A stretch of DNA of 63,947 nucleotides, counting the filler, from Octopus bimaculoides (lineage: Eukaryota): the NCBI RefSeq assembly GCF_001194135.2. It is 6 parts of 6 records of this genome, joined end to end, with 100 filler letters (N's around TTAATTAATTAA, not from the genome) between each part and the next. Parts side by side here need not be neighbours in the genome. Positions count along the whole stretch, not along the records: positions 1 to 30,546 come from NC_068997.1; 5 more parts are not named here. The stretch is one strand, 5' to 3'. The notes under the pieces are model-generated. The model was not told the DNA's origin and made no database searches. It saw only the letters and a list, made by a program, of their open reading frames with translations. Position 1 is the stretch's first letter. The number at the start of each line of letters is the position of its first letter. The translations under genes were made by a program, and so were the position numbers. This document shows, one piece after another, positions 12,189-24,523 of the stretch.

Positions 12189-12736
12189 TAGGCATATCAA
12201 TGACTAAATGTTTATGACGATGATGGTGAAGGCGACACGATAAAATTGTCCTTGATGGAACTTGAACTGCAAGCACAAATAGCTGAAATAAATGCCACAA
12301 GGCACTTTGTGAAGCGATCTAACCTTCCAACAAATTCGCTGTCATAAGATAAAATCGCGAATATTTCCGTTAGCCACATGATGTAACATGTGGCTAATAG
12401 TTTGATCTCTTAGTGGTCAGTTGTACATCCGGCTGCAGATCCACAGTAAGTAGATACACGATACATGTTACGATACAATGTTATTAATGTTATCACAAAA
12501 CAGAGGCAAATACGGTACAATATATTGTTGCAATAGCTTGATAATTATGACTGGTAGGTTAAAAGGTCGCTTTACAGTCATGTTGTTTTGGGTTAGATAC
12601 CACAAAGTGGAACCTGGGGAATATATTTGTATCATAGTCTCAGATTGACCAATTCCCTGTGAGTAAAATTTGGCAAACGGAAATATGTGAAATATTTCTT
12701 GCAATATAGTTACTTCAGTACACTCAGTTACAGTTG

Positions 12737-12772
<36 letters not shown>

Positions 12773-14334
12773 NNNNNNNNNNATATATATATATATATAT
12801 ATAGATAGATATATATATATATATATAGATATCGAAAGGATAAAGTCAAAGTCGAACTCAGCCGGACTTGAACTAGCCGTCCGACAAACTGAACGAATAA
12901 TATATATAACAAACTGACATATGTTCAGGAATTGAATAGATGGACTAAAAAGTTTTGAGGTCGGCACCCCTGTTTAGCCATAGTTCAATGACCGAAATCA
13001 GGAACAGATATTTTAAAATAAATTAATGTATAACATATCTTTCCGAACTCAACAATTGATGGGTTGAGCTATTTGTTATGCTACTAGTTGTTTATTCAGG
13101 CTCATTGCATGCAATTGCGACATTATAGAAGTTTCTGCTAAGTCACTGTAACTTAATGACACACATGAGAAAGAAAGAAATATCGAGATATACTAATGGA
13201 CGAAGACTTGATTCAATCACCCATTAATTACTCTTATGAAGAAAGAGGAATCGGTACCAGTCAAACAGGCTCTAGATTTTGTAGGGACGGTCCAACAATA
13301 CTTCTAATATCACCAGTGAGGTCAACCAAATACAATAACACGGCTCCTGAACCTGAGAATGTGCGGAAAAATAAAAACAAAAATGGTGTATTTGGGAAAT
13401 GTTCAAGTTCTCACGAGCTGTGTCTCGGTGCAGTGTTGAAGGTTTGAATAAAACTGCGGGCGTTGCCTTTTATTGTTGTTATTGTTACTGCTGTTGCTGT
13501 TAATGCTTTTATTGTTGTTTAACTTCCAGATAATTCTCCATAAATCAAACAGAATTATCAAGAATGCTCATTCATTTAAAAATCTGATTCGTGGGTTTTT
13601 TTTTACTTTTTTTATAGTGGTGTGTAGGATTACATTATTTAAGTTTGTTACTTAATCGCTGGTTCATTACATCTGCTGCCAATGTTTTTGTTCGTTGTAT
13701 TTCTTGTAGTAGTTTCTGTGGTTATCGACGTTAATGTTTTGTCAGCATCGATGAAACTATGGCATCTTGGCAACTGTTCAAAAGTTTGTGGTGTAAACCG
13801 TCTTGGAGTAGAACCACGATGTAAATTATAATTTCTTGAAGGAGTAGGGTTCTAGCTTTCTTTTTTTTTTCTCTTTATACTTTAAATCTTTATAAGAGAT
13901 GTACTGTGGAAACCTGGATTTCAAGTGATTGTGTAGGTTCCTGAAACTGTCGTCGTCACAGCAAGGATAAAGTGGACCCTGACGGAAAAGGATAATAGCA
14001 GAATGATTAACGAAATGAATGGTTAGGCGCCAACTACAAATACATTGCTACACCTACATAGCACCAGGTAAACGATTCTTCGCCTGAGGATTTTCATCTC
14101 AAGCTAACATGCAGGAACTAATTGCGACGTCGATATATTTAGTGACAAATTTGTGCCTGATTATCTGTTGAGAACTAAACCAATTCTGATCAAGTAGACA
14201 TCTGTTCAAAAGAATTTTAAAGTTAGAATGTTTGCAACAGAGTGGACGCTAAGCAACAGGAACCAAGGTCGCTTCAGTCAAGTTTACTGTGTTGCTGGCA
14301 ATCTAGGAGAGCCGATATAGGGTCACGGGTATTG

Positions 14335-15780
14335 GTGAATTCTATAAGCAGGTGTTGCTATGGGCACCAGGATGGGCCCCTTTTATTCCAACCGCTTTGT
14401 AGGTTACGTAGAGGAGCAAATCATTGCTCACTTCTCTGGACCCATCCCAGAACTTTATGGTCGTTACATTGACGACTGCATTGGCACCACAAGCCTTAAC
14501 AGACAACTTAATAATTTAATTTCTTTCGTTAAAACATTTCACACAGCCTTGGAACTCACCTACACTATATCTGATACTTCTGGACATCTCTGTCAAAATA
14601 CACAATACCCACCTTTCCACCTCTGTCCTAAAAAACCTACTGACTCACATTCCTACCTTCATTATTCTTCCTCTCACCACAAACATATTAACATATTCTC
14701 TCAAATTTTTCGCCTTCGACGACTTTGCAGCATCGATTCGGATTTCGAATCCCATTGCAAAACGTTGCGTGCGTTTTTTCTAAATCGAAGTTATCCTCCA
14801 TCAGTTGTCGACCCGGCACTCCACCGAGCTCTAGCCATCAACTGCATCGAAGGTCTCCTACCATCTTCACGCAATTTCACCGACCGTATTCCACTCTCCT
14901 CTCACCAACCACTCGTCCGTCATCCTTCAAAAATACAGACGCAACCATAACTTTCACATTCTTCTTTCTGACCCAGAAACAGCCCCTATGTATCCCACAC
15001 CACCTCACCTTTATTCTAAAACAGATACGAGTCTTAAAAATCTCCTTGTTAGAATCTTGACAGCTCCTTGCTTCGCACAACCAGGAACATTCAAATGTTC
15101 TCGCTTACGATGTAACATATGCCTCTACATTAACAATATTACCACCATCACGGGGCAAAGAACCAATATCACATAACACAACACTTCTGTTGCACTTCGG
15201 CGAATCTCATATATTGCGCCATATGCAAACACTGCGGTGCTCTTTACATTGGACAAACAAGGTGACGCGTTGGGGTCGCTTTCACGAACGCACCAGAAGC
15301 ATAATGCTACGTATGCCCGGTCAAACTGTCGCCACTGTGAATCATTCTATTGCCGATTTATCAGTGTGTGGCATGGCCTTGCACCAAGGACCTTGCACCA
15401 CTTCTATAGGAATCATAAAGGAACAACGTCTCATATTTGATCTTGGCAATATGTCCCAGACAGGTATGAATGAATGTTTTTCCTTTCATCCTTTCACTTC
15501 TCCTTAATTCTTTTTTAGCCTATTTAATCCTCCTTCCAAACTCTCCCTTCAAGATTCCCGTATTTACTAACCTCTATTCTCTCCATCAACCTTTTCCTCC
15601 TCTTTTCTGCACGCCATCTCCTATAACTTCTGTTTCACGTTAGCAGCTCGTGTTATTCTGCGTCCATTATCAGTTGCAGCCAGTTTTTCAAGTTGAAAGG
15701 ATATAAACTCTGTTTGAATTTCTTCTCTTTTTTTTCTAACCTCTGACGAAGTATTGAATCCGTAACATTGGATATTCCAC
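14335..15780 (+). mobile_element. Penelope-like retroelement: RT 3' half, GIY-YIG endonuclease and 3' UTR; degenerate
   Basis: VAMGTRMGP, LYGRYIDDCIG, KPTDSHSYLHYSSSH, FRLRRLCS (PLE RT/thumb); SANLIYCAICKHCGALYIGQT (GIY-YIG); EQRLIFDLG C-terminus. Confidence 0.92.
15738..15772 (+). ncRNA. Degenerate hammerhead motif in PLE 3' UTR, probably dead
   Basis: CTGACGA-A-gtattgaatcc-GTAA-cat-t: core GAAA mutated to GTAA. Confidence 0.45.
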
Positions 15781-16800
15781 TCTTCACGGCAAGTTCACTC
15801 TACCCTTTTCACTTATATNNNNNNNNNNNNNNNNNNNNNNNNNNNNNNNNNNNNNNNNNNNNNNNNNNNNNNNNNNNNNNNNNNNNNNNNNNNNNNNNNN
15901 NNNNNNNNNNNNNNNNNNNNNNNNNNNNNNNNNNNNNNNNNNNNNNNNNNNNNNNNNNNNNNNNNNNNNNNNNNNNNNNNNNNNNNNNNNNNNNNNNNNN
16001 NNNNNNNNNNNNNNNNNNNNNNNNNNNNNNNNNNNNNNNNNNNNNNNNNNNNNNNNNNNNNNNNNNNNNNNNNNNNNNNNNNNNNNNNNNNNNNNNNNNN
16101 NNNNNNNNNNNNNNNNNNNNNNNNNNNNNNNNNNNNNNNNNNNNNNNNNNNNNNNNNNNNNNNNNNNNNNNNNNNNNNNNNNNNNNNNNNNNNNNNNNNN
16201 NNNNNNNNNNNNNNNNNNNNNNNNNNNNNNNNNNNNNNNNNNNNNNNNNNNNNNNNNNNNNNNNNNNNNNNNNNNNNNNNNNNNNNNNNNNNNNNNNNNN
16301 NNNNNNNNNNNNNNNNNNNNNNNNNNNNNNNNNNNNNNNNNNNNNNNNNNNNNNNNNNNNNNNNNNNNNNNNNNNNNNNNNNNNNNNNNNNNNNNNNNNN
16401 NNNNNNNNNNNNNNNNNNNNNNNNNNNNNNNNNNNNNNNNNNNNNNNNNNNNNNNNNNNNNNNNNNNNNNNNNNNNNNNNNNNNNNNNNNNNNNNNNNNN
16501 NNNNNNNNNNNNNNNNNNNNNNNNNNNNNNNNNNNNNNNNNNNNNNNNNNNNNNNNNNNNNNNNNNNNNNNNNNNNNNNNNNNNNNNNNNNNNNNNNNNN
16601 NNNNNNNNNNNNNNNNNNNNNNNNNNNNNNNNNNNNNNNNNNNNNNNNNNNNNNNNNNNNNNNNNNNNNNNNNNNNNNNNNNNNNNNNNNNNNNNNNNNN
16701 NNNNNNNNNNNNNNNNNNNNNNNNNNNNNNNNNNNNNNNNNNNNNNNNNNNNNNNNNNNNNNNNNNNNNNNNNNNNNNNNNNNNNNNNNNNNNNNNNNNN

Positions 16801-16837
<37 letters not shown>

Positions 16838-17257
16838 TATATTGTTGTATAGAGAAACTGTATACTCCTCCGGTAAAAAAAAGGGGTGTTAGACAGCCAT
16901 CATAAATTAACCAGTAGCCAGCCGACAGTAGAAGGTCAAAAAGTACGTGCCTTGACTATTGGGGTCGACTAGAAAAGCCCAAGCTTTATTCTCTCTAACG
17001 CCGCCGTGAGCGCTTCATCATCTTCATGATGTGGAAAATATTCCATCAGTATTGCCCAAATGATGTTGGCATCGCGTTTAAGATACTGAGTTAGCGGTTG
17101 TAATAACCAACTAAGGGATAGGAATATACGTATCTACTATCGGTATCAGTTACCTGTACTATCTCTGGGCCTGGGTATGCAGGCACATTATGCTCGTAGG
17201 AAACAACAGAATAAATATAAATTTATCAGAAATTAAATTTAAATAAACAGAAAATGG

Positions 17258-17694
17258 AGGCGTAGGTGTGGCTGTGTGGTAAGTAGCTTGCTTGGGAACC
17301 GCATGGTTCCGGGTTTAGTCCCACTGCGTGGTAGCTTGGGTAAGTGTCTTCTACTATATGCTCGGGCCGACCAAAGTCTTGTGAATGGATTTGTTAGATG
17401 GAAACTGAAAGAAGCCCGTCGTATATATGTATATATATATATATATATATGTACGTGCGTGTATATTTTTGTGTCTGTGTTTATCCCCTGACATCGCTTT
17501 GCATCCGATGCTGGTGTGATTACATCCCTGTAACTTAGAGGTTAGGCAAAAGAGACCGGTGGAATAAGTACTAGGCTTACAAAGAATAAGTCCTGGGGTC
17601 GATTTGCTCGACTCAAGGTGGTGCTCCAGCATGGGTGCAGTCAAATGACTGAAACAAATAAAAGACTAAAAGAGTAAAAGAGTAAAAGAGTAAA
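17258..17694 (+). mobile_element. SINE family A, full length
   Basis: gtggctgtgtggtaag A-box-like motif, gggtttagtccc B-box-like motif, central gggccgaccaaagtcttgtgaatggatttgttagatggaaactgaaagaagcccgtcg domain (Meta-SINE-like, from recall), microsatellite, (gagtaaaa)n tail. Confidence 0.92.
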
Positions 17695-17698
17695 CAGT

Positions 17699-18188
17699 AA
17701 AACTTTTGATCAACAAACAAACAGATTGGACCACATCTGTAGTGTATTTTTTTAATACAAACCATGACATAACATTTCTCTGACAACACTTATTACGGCC
17801 GTTTCCACTTCGAAAATAATATTCGGCATCTTTATAGGATATTCGAACTGGTACATGGAGCTTTATCAGAGTGAATACAAATGGGTAAAATAAAATAAAC
17901 AAGGCTCTGTTCTTTCCTATTCTCTCTTCCCTTCGTTTGTTTTATTTTACTCATTTGTACTCACGCTAATGAAGCCTCATGTACTAGAACGAATGTCCCA
18001 TGAAGATGAATATTACTTTCGAAATTCTTTCGTAAGCACCGACTGGCATTGGAAGGGCAAACGGCCGTAAGAAATGTTATGTCATAGAAATGTTATGTCA
18101 TAAAAATGTTATGTCATAGAAATGTTATGTCATGTTTTATATTAAAAAATAACCTACAGATGTGGTCTAATTTGTTGATCAAAAGTTT
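17699..18188. mobile_element. Foldback/MITE-like long imperfect palindrome; right end runs into a gap
   Basis: aaacttttgatcaacaaa...gtaaaataaaataaac mirrored by gtttgttttattttactc...tttgttgatcaaaagttt; right arm has 4 tandem gaaatgttatgtcata-like units. Confidence 0.8.
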
Positions 18189-18524
18189 NNNNNNNNNNNN
18201 NNNNNNNNNNNNNNNNNNNNNNNNNNNNNNNNNNNNNNNNNNNNNNNNNNNNNNNNNNNNNNNNNNNNNNNNNNNNNNNNNNNNNNNNTGCATGGGTTTA
18301 TATAGGTAACTAAATATAGCTAAAGTGAGACAGCTAGAGGTGTGGGTTCCAGTCTTATGCGTATGGAAAACTCACTTTTTTCTGTGAAGAACTAATATGA
18401 CCCAATATTAGGATACTTTGCTTTGTCTAAACAGGATGATCGCTTATGAGCTTCAAGATAATAAATGTTATTATTATTTACAACGTATGATTAATCGCTG
18501 ACCAAACACCATTCAATGTTTTTT

Positions 18525-18680
18525 TCTCCGTGTTTTTCTCCTTGTTTTCTCCATATTCTTTCTGTTGAAGAGCGTCGCTCGAAACGTTAAAGACTTTCTG
18601 TATTCCCGAGCGTCAAACTAATACATCCTTTTTTTGTTGTTTATACCACCTGTCCTCATCTGTTGTTTTTTTTCGTACAT
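18525..18680 (+). mobile_element. Penelope-type pLTR/tail segment
   Basis: Inverted homolog at 19334-19470 (gactttct...ttcccgagcgtcaaa.taataca.c) next to a GIY-YIG remnant. Confidence 0.7.
18557..18593 (+). ncRNA. Minimal type-I hammerhead-like motif with A6U core variant
   Basis: TCTTT-CTGTTGA-A-GAGC-gtc-GCTC-GAAA-CGT-T-AAAGA: perfect 5-bp stem I, 4-bp stem II, ACGU palindromic stem III, GUU site. Confidence 0.6.
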
Positions 18681-19333
18681 NNNNNNNNNNNNNNNNNNNN
18701 NNNNNNNNNNNNNNNNNNNNNNNNNNNNNNNNNNNNNNNNNNNNNNNNNNNNNNNNNNNNNNNNNNNNNNNNNNNNNNNNNNNNNNNNNNNNNNNNNNNN
18801 NNNNNNNNNNNNNNNNNNNNNNNNNNNNNNNNNNNNNNNNNNNNNNNNNNNNNNNNNNNNNNNNNNNNNNNNNNNNNNNNNNNNNNNNNNNNNNNNNNNN
18901 NNNNNNNNNNNNNNNNNNNNNNNNNNNNNNNNNNNNNNNNNNNNNNNNNNNNNNNNNNNNNNNNNNNNNNNNNNNNNNNNNNNNNNNNNNNNNNNNNNNN
19001 NNNNNNNNNNNNNNNNNNNNNNNNNNNNNNNNNNNNNNNNNNNNNNNNNNNNNNNNNNNNNNNNNNNNNNNNNNNNNNNNNNNNNNNNNNNNNNNNNNNN
19101 NNNNNNNNNNNNNNNNNNNNNNNNNNNNNNNNNNNNNNNNNNNNNNNNNNNNNNNNNNNNNNNNNNNNNNNNNNNNNNNNNNNNNNNNNNNNNNNNNNNN
19201 NNNNNNNNNNNNNNNNNNNNNNNNNNNNNNNNNNNNNNNNNNNNNNNNNNNNNNNNNNNNNNNNNNNNNNNNNNNNNNNNNNNNNNNNNNNNNNNNNNNN
19301 NNNNNNNNNNNNNNNNNNNNNNNNNNNNNNNNN

Positions 19334-19470
19334 TGATTTAAATTTACAGAAAAACAAAAGACGATGACAGGTGCATACACAACAAGTAGGTGTATTACTT
19401 TGACGCTCGGGAAGGTGAGAAAGTCTGTTACGTTCGTGCCTGCGCTCATATCAAACCCCATACTTCAGAC
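19334..19470 (-). mobile_element. Penelope-type pLTR/tail segment, inverted and more diverged copy
   Basis: Reverse complement aligns with 18560-18680; HHR core decayed. Confidence 0.7.
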
Positions 19471-19639
19471 TACAACGAAAACCCAACCGATCCCGCTAAC
19501 ATTATCCAGAATACTACTACCCCAACTTTCGCCACTATTACAGATAGGATAAATAACAACAACGATAGATATAGTAATAATAATAGTTATAATAATGTTA
19601 ATAACATAGACTAATCAACCCACATCTCTAACCTCTCCT

Positions 19640-20100
19640 TTGACAGTATTACCTCCTGTATTCCTGAGAATATATATCCACTATACACCACTATATAACT
19701 GCTGCCCTCCACAAACTCGTTGCAGAAAGTCTAACGTGATTTATAATTGCACCGTCCTCAACATATTACACAATTCTACAACCATATATATAGGGTAAAC
19801 TATGAATTTTAAACAGTGAAACGTGCGAATCACAATTATTTTAGGTATGAGAAACACAGTAAATCCACAACAATCTCCAGTTACACACATCATCTCAAAA
19901 ATAGAAATATTCGATACATCTTGTCATGGTCCATAATTGATTCAGGGTCAATGCTCAGTTTGTAGGTTACGCCTAAAAAAGGCTTTCCACATGTTAAAAC
20001 ACAATTCTTCAATATTACTAAATAAATGTAATGATGCCCTAGGTACATGCAACCGCTGCTTTTTTCATACCTTCAAATTTTACCAGAAATCTAAATGCGT
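19640..20100 (+). mobile_element. PLE GIY-YIG endonuclease C-terminal remnant (Neptune-like)
   Basis: KSNVIYNCTV...TIYIG, NHNYFRYEKHSKSTTISSY...LKNRNIRYILSWSII, CSVCRL...FHMLKHNSSILLNKCNDALGTC. Confidence 0.8.
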
Positions 20101-20727
20101 CCTAGATCCCCACAGCTATGAATGCATGTGTATCGATGTGTATACACACACACACACACATACAGACACACACGCATACATATATATATATACATATATA
20201 TGCATATATATGTACATATACACTTATATATATATGAATATATATGTATATATATATGTATGTATGTATTTATATATATATATNNNNNNNNNNNNNNNNN
20301 NNNNNNNNNNNNNNNNNNNNNNNNNNNNNNNNNNNNNNNNNNNNNNNNNNNNNNNNNNNNNNNNNNNNNNNNNNNNNNNNNNNNNNNNNNNNNNNNNNNN
20401 NNNNNNNNNNNNNNNNNNNNNNNNNNNNNNNNNNNNNNNNNNNNNNNNNNNNNNNNNNNNNNNNNNNNNNNNNNNNNNNNNNNNNNNNNNNNNNNNNNNN
20501 NNNNNNNNNNNNNNNNNNNNNNNNNNNNNNNNNNNNNNNNNNNNNNNNNNNNNNNNNNNNNNNNNNNNNNNNNNNNNNNNNNNNNNNNNNNNNNNNNNNN
20601 NNNNNNNNNNNNNNNNNNNNNNNNNNNNNNNNNNNNNNNNNNNNNNNNNNNNNNNNNNNNNNNNNNNNNNNNNNNNNNNNNNNNNNNNNNNNNNNNNNNN
20701 NNNNNNNNNNNNNNNNNNNNNNNNNNN

Positions 20728-20805
<78 letters not shown>

Positions 20806-20896
20806 GAGATAAATATGTGTATATATATATGTATATATATATTGGTAGGTATGTATGTGTATACGTACGTATGTATGTTCATATATATGCTTATAG

Positions 20897-21082
20897 GAGA
20901 GTATTGTAGTTCTCTTGAAGCATTGTGTATTGTTTGTAAAGAATAAGATGTATTGAATGGTACAACAATGCACTATAATACAAACAATGGGCTATATACC
21001 TGTTGCAAGTTAGTCATTCTTAGTCTGAGGGCATTTCGGAATAAAATTCCTTCTTCAGATATTCTTAGATGGAGACGTTGCT
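20897..21082 (-). mobile_element. Penelope-type tail repeat with HHR-like core, same family as 1884-2088
   Basis: Reverse complement contains atatCTGAAGAAGGAATTTTATTCCGAAA, identical to 1978-2006. Confidence 0.55.
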
Positions 21083-21149
21083 ATATATATGTATGTATAT
21101 GTACATGTATAAGTAATAAATATATGTACCCACTTGAATAGTAATGCAA

Positions 21150-21800
21150 CATTTCATTTGTAAAATTGCCAGAATCGCAGTACTGTATTGGGAAGTAGCA
21201 AGATGGATCCTTAGATCCTTCAGAGCCAGAAAAGTATACATTGCATCTTTTATGGAGGACATTTGTCCTCAGGTCAAATTGATGGTAGAACTTGATGAAA
21301 TCCTTACACAGAAAAGATTGAGTCGGTGAAACGGATGAGCTAATGGGAGAGGCTACAAGAACTGAAGCTATACTCCCGGGAGAGAAGAGGAAAAAGGTAT
21401 GCATATAGAATGTCCTGAAAGATCTAGCTCCCAACTTTGGAATTAAAAGTCATACCAACCATCCAACTGGACGGTGCTGTATACTACCAAAGATACTACC
21501 TTCTTTATCGCACATAAGGCCCAGTATTGCAACAGTTTAGGTTTCAGGGGACCACCACTGCTTAACATTCTGCCAAGAAATCTAAGAGATCTGCAAGGTG
21601 TTGATTTGGGAATGTTCAAAAAGCACTTGGCCACATTTCTCAAATCACAGCAGAAGAAACAAAGAAGAGAATGTGCATACAACTCCTTTCATTGCGAAAA
21701 AGATTACCGAAAAGAGACCCAAAAAACACAGAATCGAGATGCTTCCCCATGGCCTCAGCCTCTGGCTGAAACCAGTAATAGAATAAAAGAACATAATAAG
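21150..21800 (+). mobile_element. CR1-like LINE 3' end
   Basis: RWILRSFRAR, WERLQELKLYS, QYCNSLGFRGPPLLNILPRNLRDLQGVDLGMFKKHL, then a cagcc-tct-ggctg stem-loop and gaataaaaga tail. Confidence 0.85.
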
Positions 21801-21844
21801 AGAATATAGACATATACACATATATGTACAGGCATATTGTCTAT

Positions 21845-21960
21845 AATATGTACTAGGCTTACAAAGAAAAAGTCCTGGGGTCGATGCGTTCGACTGAAGA
21901 ATGTGCTCAAGCATGGTCGCAGTCAAATGATTGAAAGAAGTAAAAGAAGAAAAGAATAAG
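21845..21960 (+). mobile_element. SINE family A 3' end
   Basis: gtactaggcttacaaagaaaaagtcctggggtcgat...gcagtcaaatgattgaaa. Confidence 0.85.
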
Positions 21961-22140
21961 CATTATTCTAATTGCTACGATTCTGCTAATTGCTACATTT
22001 AATCTAGAAGAGACAGTCGTTGTAAGATCTGAAATTCATCACCTACTCCTAAAATTTTTCTGTGCTTTACCAATCCTAAATAAGGGGTGGTCATATTAAT
22101 TATTGCGCCGTATGTGTTTGTATGTGTGACTCTGTGTGTT

Positions 22141-22220
<80 letters not shown>
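22141..22220. repeat. (TG)n microsatellite
   Basis: Direct inspection. Confidence 0.98.
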
Positions 22221-22222
<2 letters not shown>

Positions 22223-22658
22223 TGTGTATGTGTATACTCATGCATGCACACACGCACATACATACATACGTACATATACTCGTTCACGCTCACATCTACA
22301 GAGAGCTTTGTCTGTTTCGATCGGAGCTATATCAACATGTGGAGTACATTCAATCTGAAGCTAACAAATGAAGTGAGATTGTCCCTGCATGAGTTTATAT
22401 AGGCAACTAAATATAGCTATAGAGAGAGTGATAGATAGATAGATACATATATAGTGGTATATATATATATATAGTTAAAAACATGGTTAAATACAAAAGT
22501 TTAATGTGAATGAATTCAATGGTTGATAAAGACTGAGAGAGAGGGAGAGGGAGAGAGGGAGGTGGAAAACAGAAATATCACAATAGCTAACATGGTGAAT
22601 TATCTTAAATCAGAGTGCGTGTGACACAGAAAAATAGAAAAAGAGTACGTTTGTCTAC

Positions 22659-22713
<55 letters not shown>

Positions 22714-23017
22714 TGTGTGTGCGTGTGTGTGTGTGTTGTGTGTGTGTGTGTATGTATGTGTGCTTGTGTTCGTCCGTGTGTGTGTGGTGTATGTTTGTGC
22801 GTATGTGTGACTGAGTGAGTGAAGAATTGTTTGTAGCCGAACACTCCACCGCCCCAATAGCGCTTAAATTTCAAGGGCAGGTATCAATTATGAAACAAAT
22901 TACGAAATAAAAATCCCAATTTTTGAAATGTATTACAGTTGTTTCCATGCGTTTTTTCTTTTTGAAAAAGTCACCAACTCGCAATTTTACTTCTTGTAAT
23001 ATACATTATCTCTCAAA

Positions 23018-23450
23018 GCGGCGAAATGGCAGAAACGTTAGCACACCGGACGAAATGCTTAGCGGTGTTTCGTCTGCCGTTACATTCTGAGTTCAAATTC
23101 CCCAATTTTGACTTTGCCTTTCATTCTTTCGGAGTCGATTAACTAAGTACCAGTTACGCACTGGAGTCGATATAATCGACTTAATTCGGTTGTCTGTTCT
23201 TGTTTGTCCCCTCTGTGTGTAGAACCTTGTGGACAATAAAGAAATAAGATCGTTAGCACGCCGGGCTAAATGCTTAGTGGTATTTCGTCGGTTGTTACGT
23301 TCTGAGTTCAAATTCTGCTGAGGTCGACTATGCCTTTAATCCTTTTGGGATCCATAAATAAAGTACCAGTTTTGTACTGGTGTCGATCTAATTGACTGGG
23401 CACCCTCCACCCAAAAATTTCGGGTCTTGTACCTAGAGTAAAAAAGAATA
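23018..23450 (+). mobile_element. SINE family B tandem dimer
   Basis: Two consecutive cgttagcac.ccgg..aaatgcttag...ctgagttcaaattc...aagtaccagtt units joined by a tgtcccctctgtg linker. Confidence 0.88.
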
Positions 23451-23464
23451 TATATCATCTCTTA

Positions 23465-23860
23465 ATTGTTTCTGTCATTATTTTGCGGCCATGTTGGTGC
23501 ACTGTCTTGCAGGATTTTAGTGGAAAGAATTGATCACAGTACTTATTATTTTAACACTGGTACTATTCTATCAATCTTATTTGCTGAACCACTATGCTAC
23601 GAGGATGTAAATTTAGTTTACACCAATACCGGTTGTAAAGCGGTGACGGAGGAGAGAGATAGAAAAGATGCTTGCATGCACACACAAACACACATACACT
23701 CACACACATATGAGTTCTTTCAGATTCCATCTATCAAATCCACTCACAAGACTTTGGTATGCCCGAGGTTACAATAGAAAACACATGCCCGAGGTGACAC
23801 GCAGTGGAACAAAACCCGAAATCACGTGACCGGGAAAAAACTTCCTACCAGAAGCCATGC
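23465..23860 (-). mobile_element. SINE family A, diverged
   Basis: gcggccatgttgg tail, aaatccactcacaagactttggtatgcccgagg central domain, acgcagtggaac head. Confidence 0.8.
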
Positions 23861-24523
23861 TCACTCCTCTCTCTCTCACTCTTTCTCTCTCTCTATCTCT
23901 CTCTCTCTCTCTCTCTCTGTAAATATATATATATATATAAGAGGGAGAATTTGTTTAGAGATTTGAAAATGCACCTGATTTAGAAAAATGTGCAGTTGTT
24001 TTTAAATAGATTTATTCACAATTTTCTTCTATCAATGGTACATATATATATAAAACAAGGGTATTTTAATAGAGTTTAAAATTATGAAGTAGAAATCGGA
24101 CAACATGCTTAAACCATCCAATGATCAAATGTACGCATAAAATTCAGTGAGTTTCACAAAGATATATAATATTAAAGTATGTATTCAGCGAAGAATATAA
24201 GAAATGTACATTATTGAAAGTTCGGTAATATTGGGTTTTTATTGAATATGTGGGCAAGAAAGAGAACAAAAACAGAAGACAGTTCAAAAAAGTAATTTTT
24301 CTTTAATTTATGTCGTTGTGCGTGTAGTTCTTCTTTTCTTTTTTTCCCTTTCGCATACTGGTCCCTTCGAAAAACATTGTGAAGAGCGAAGTGACTAGTG
24401 CGCGCAGAATACATGTTTTTCAAATTCAGATGCATTTTCAAATCCCAAAACAAATTCCTTTATATTTCTTCTTGCGTGGGAATACACTTATTCTTTCTGT
24501 ATATATTTATATTTATACATATT

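Noticed and set aside
13660-13855. Minus-strand T-rich frame NPTPSRNYNLHRG...
   Set aside because: Short, no acceptor context, no family recognised; may be a retroelement fragment
18091-18130. Short direct repeats resembling a CRISPR or iteron array
   Set aside because: Head-to-tail 16-bp units with no spacers, inside a foldback arm in eukaryotic DNA
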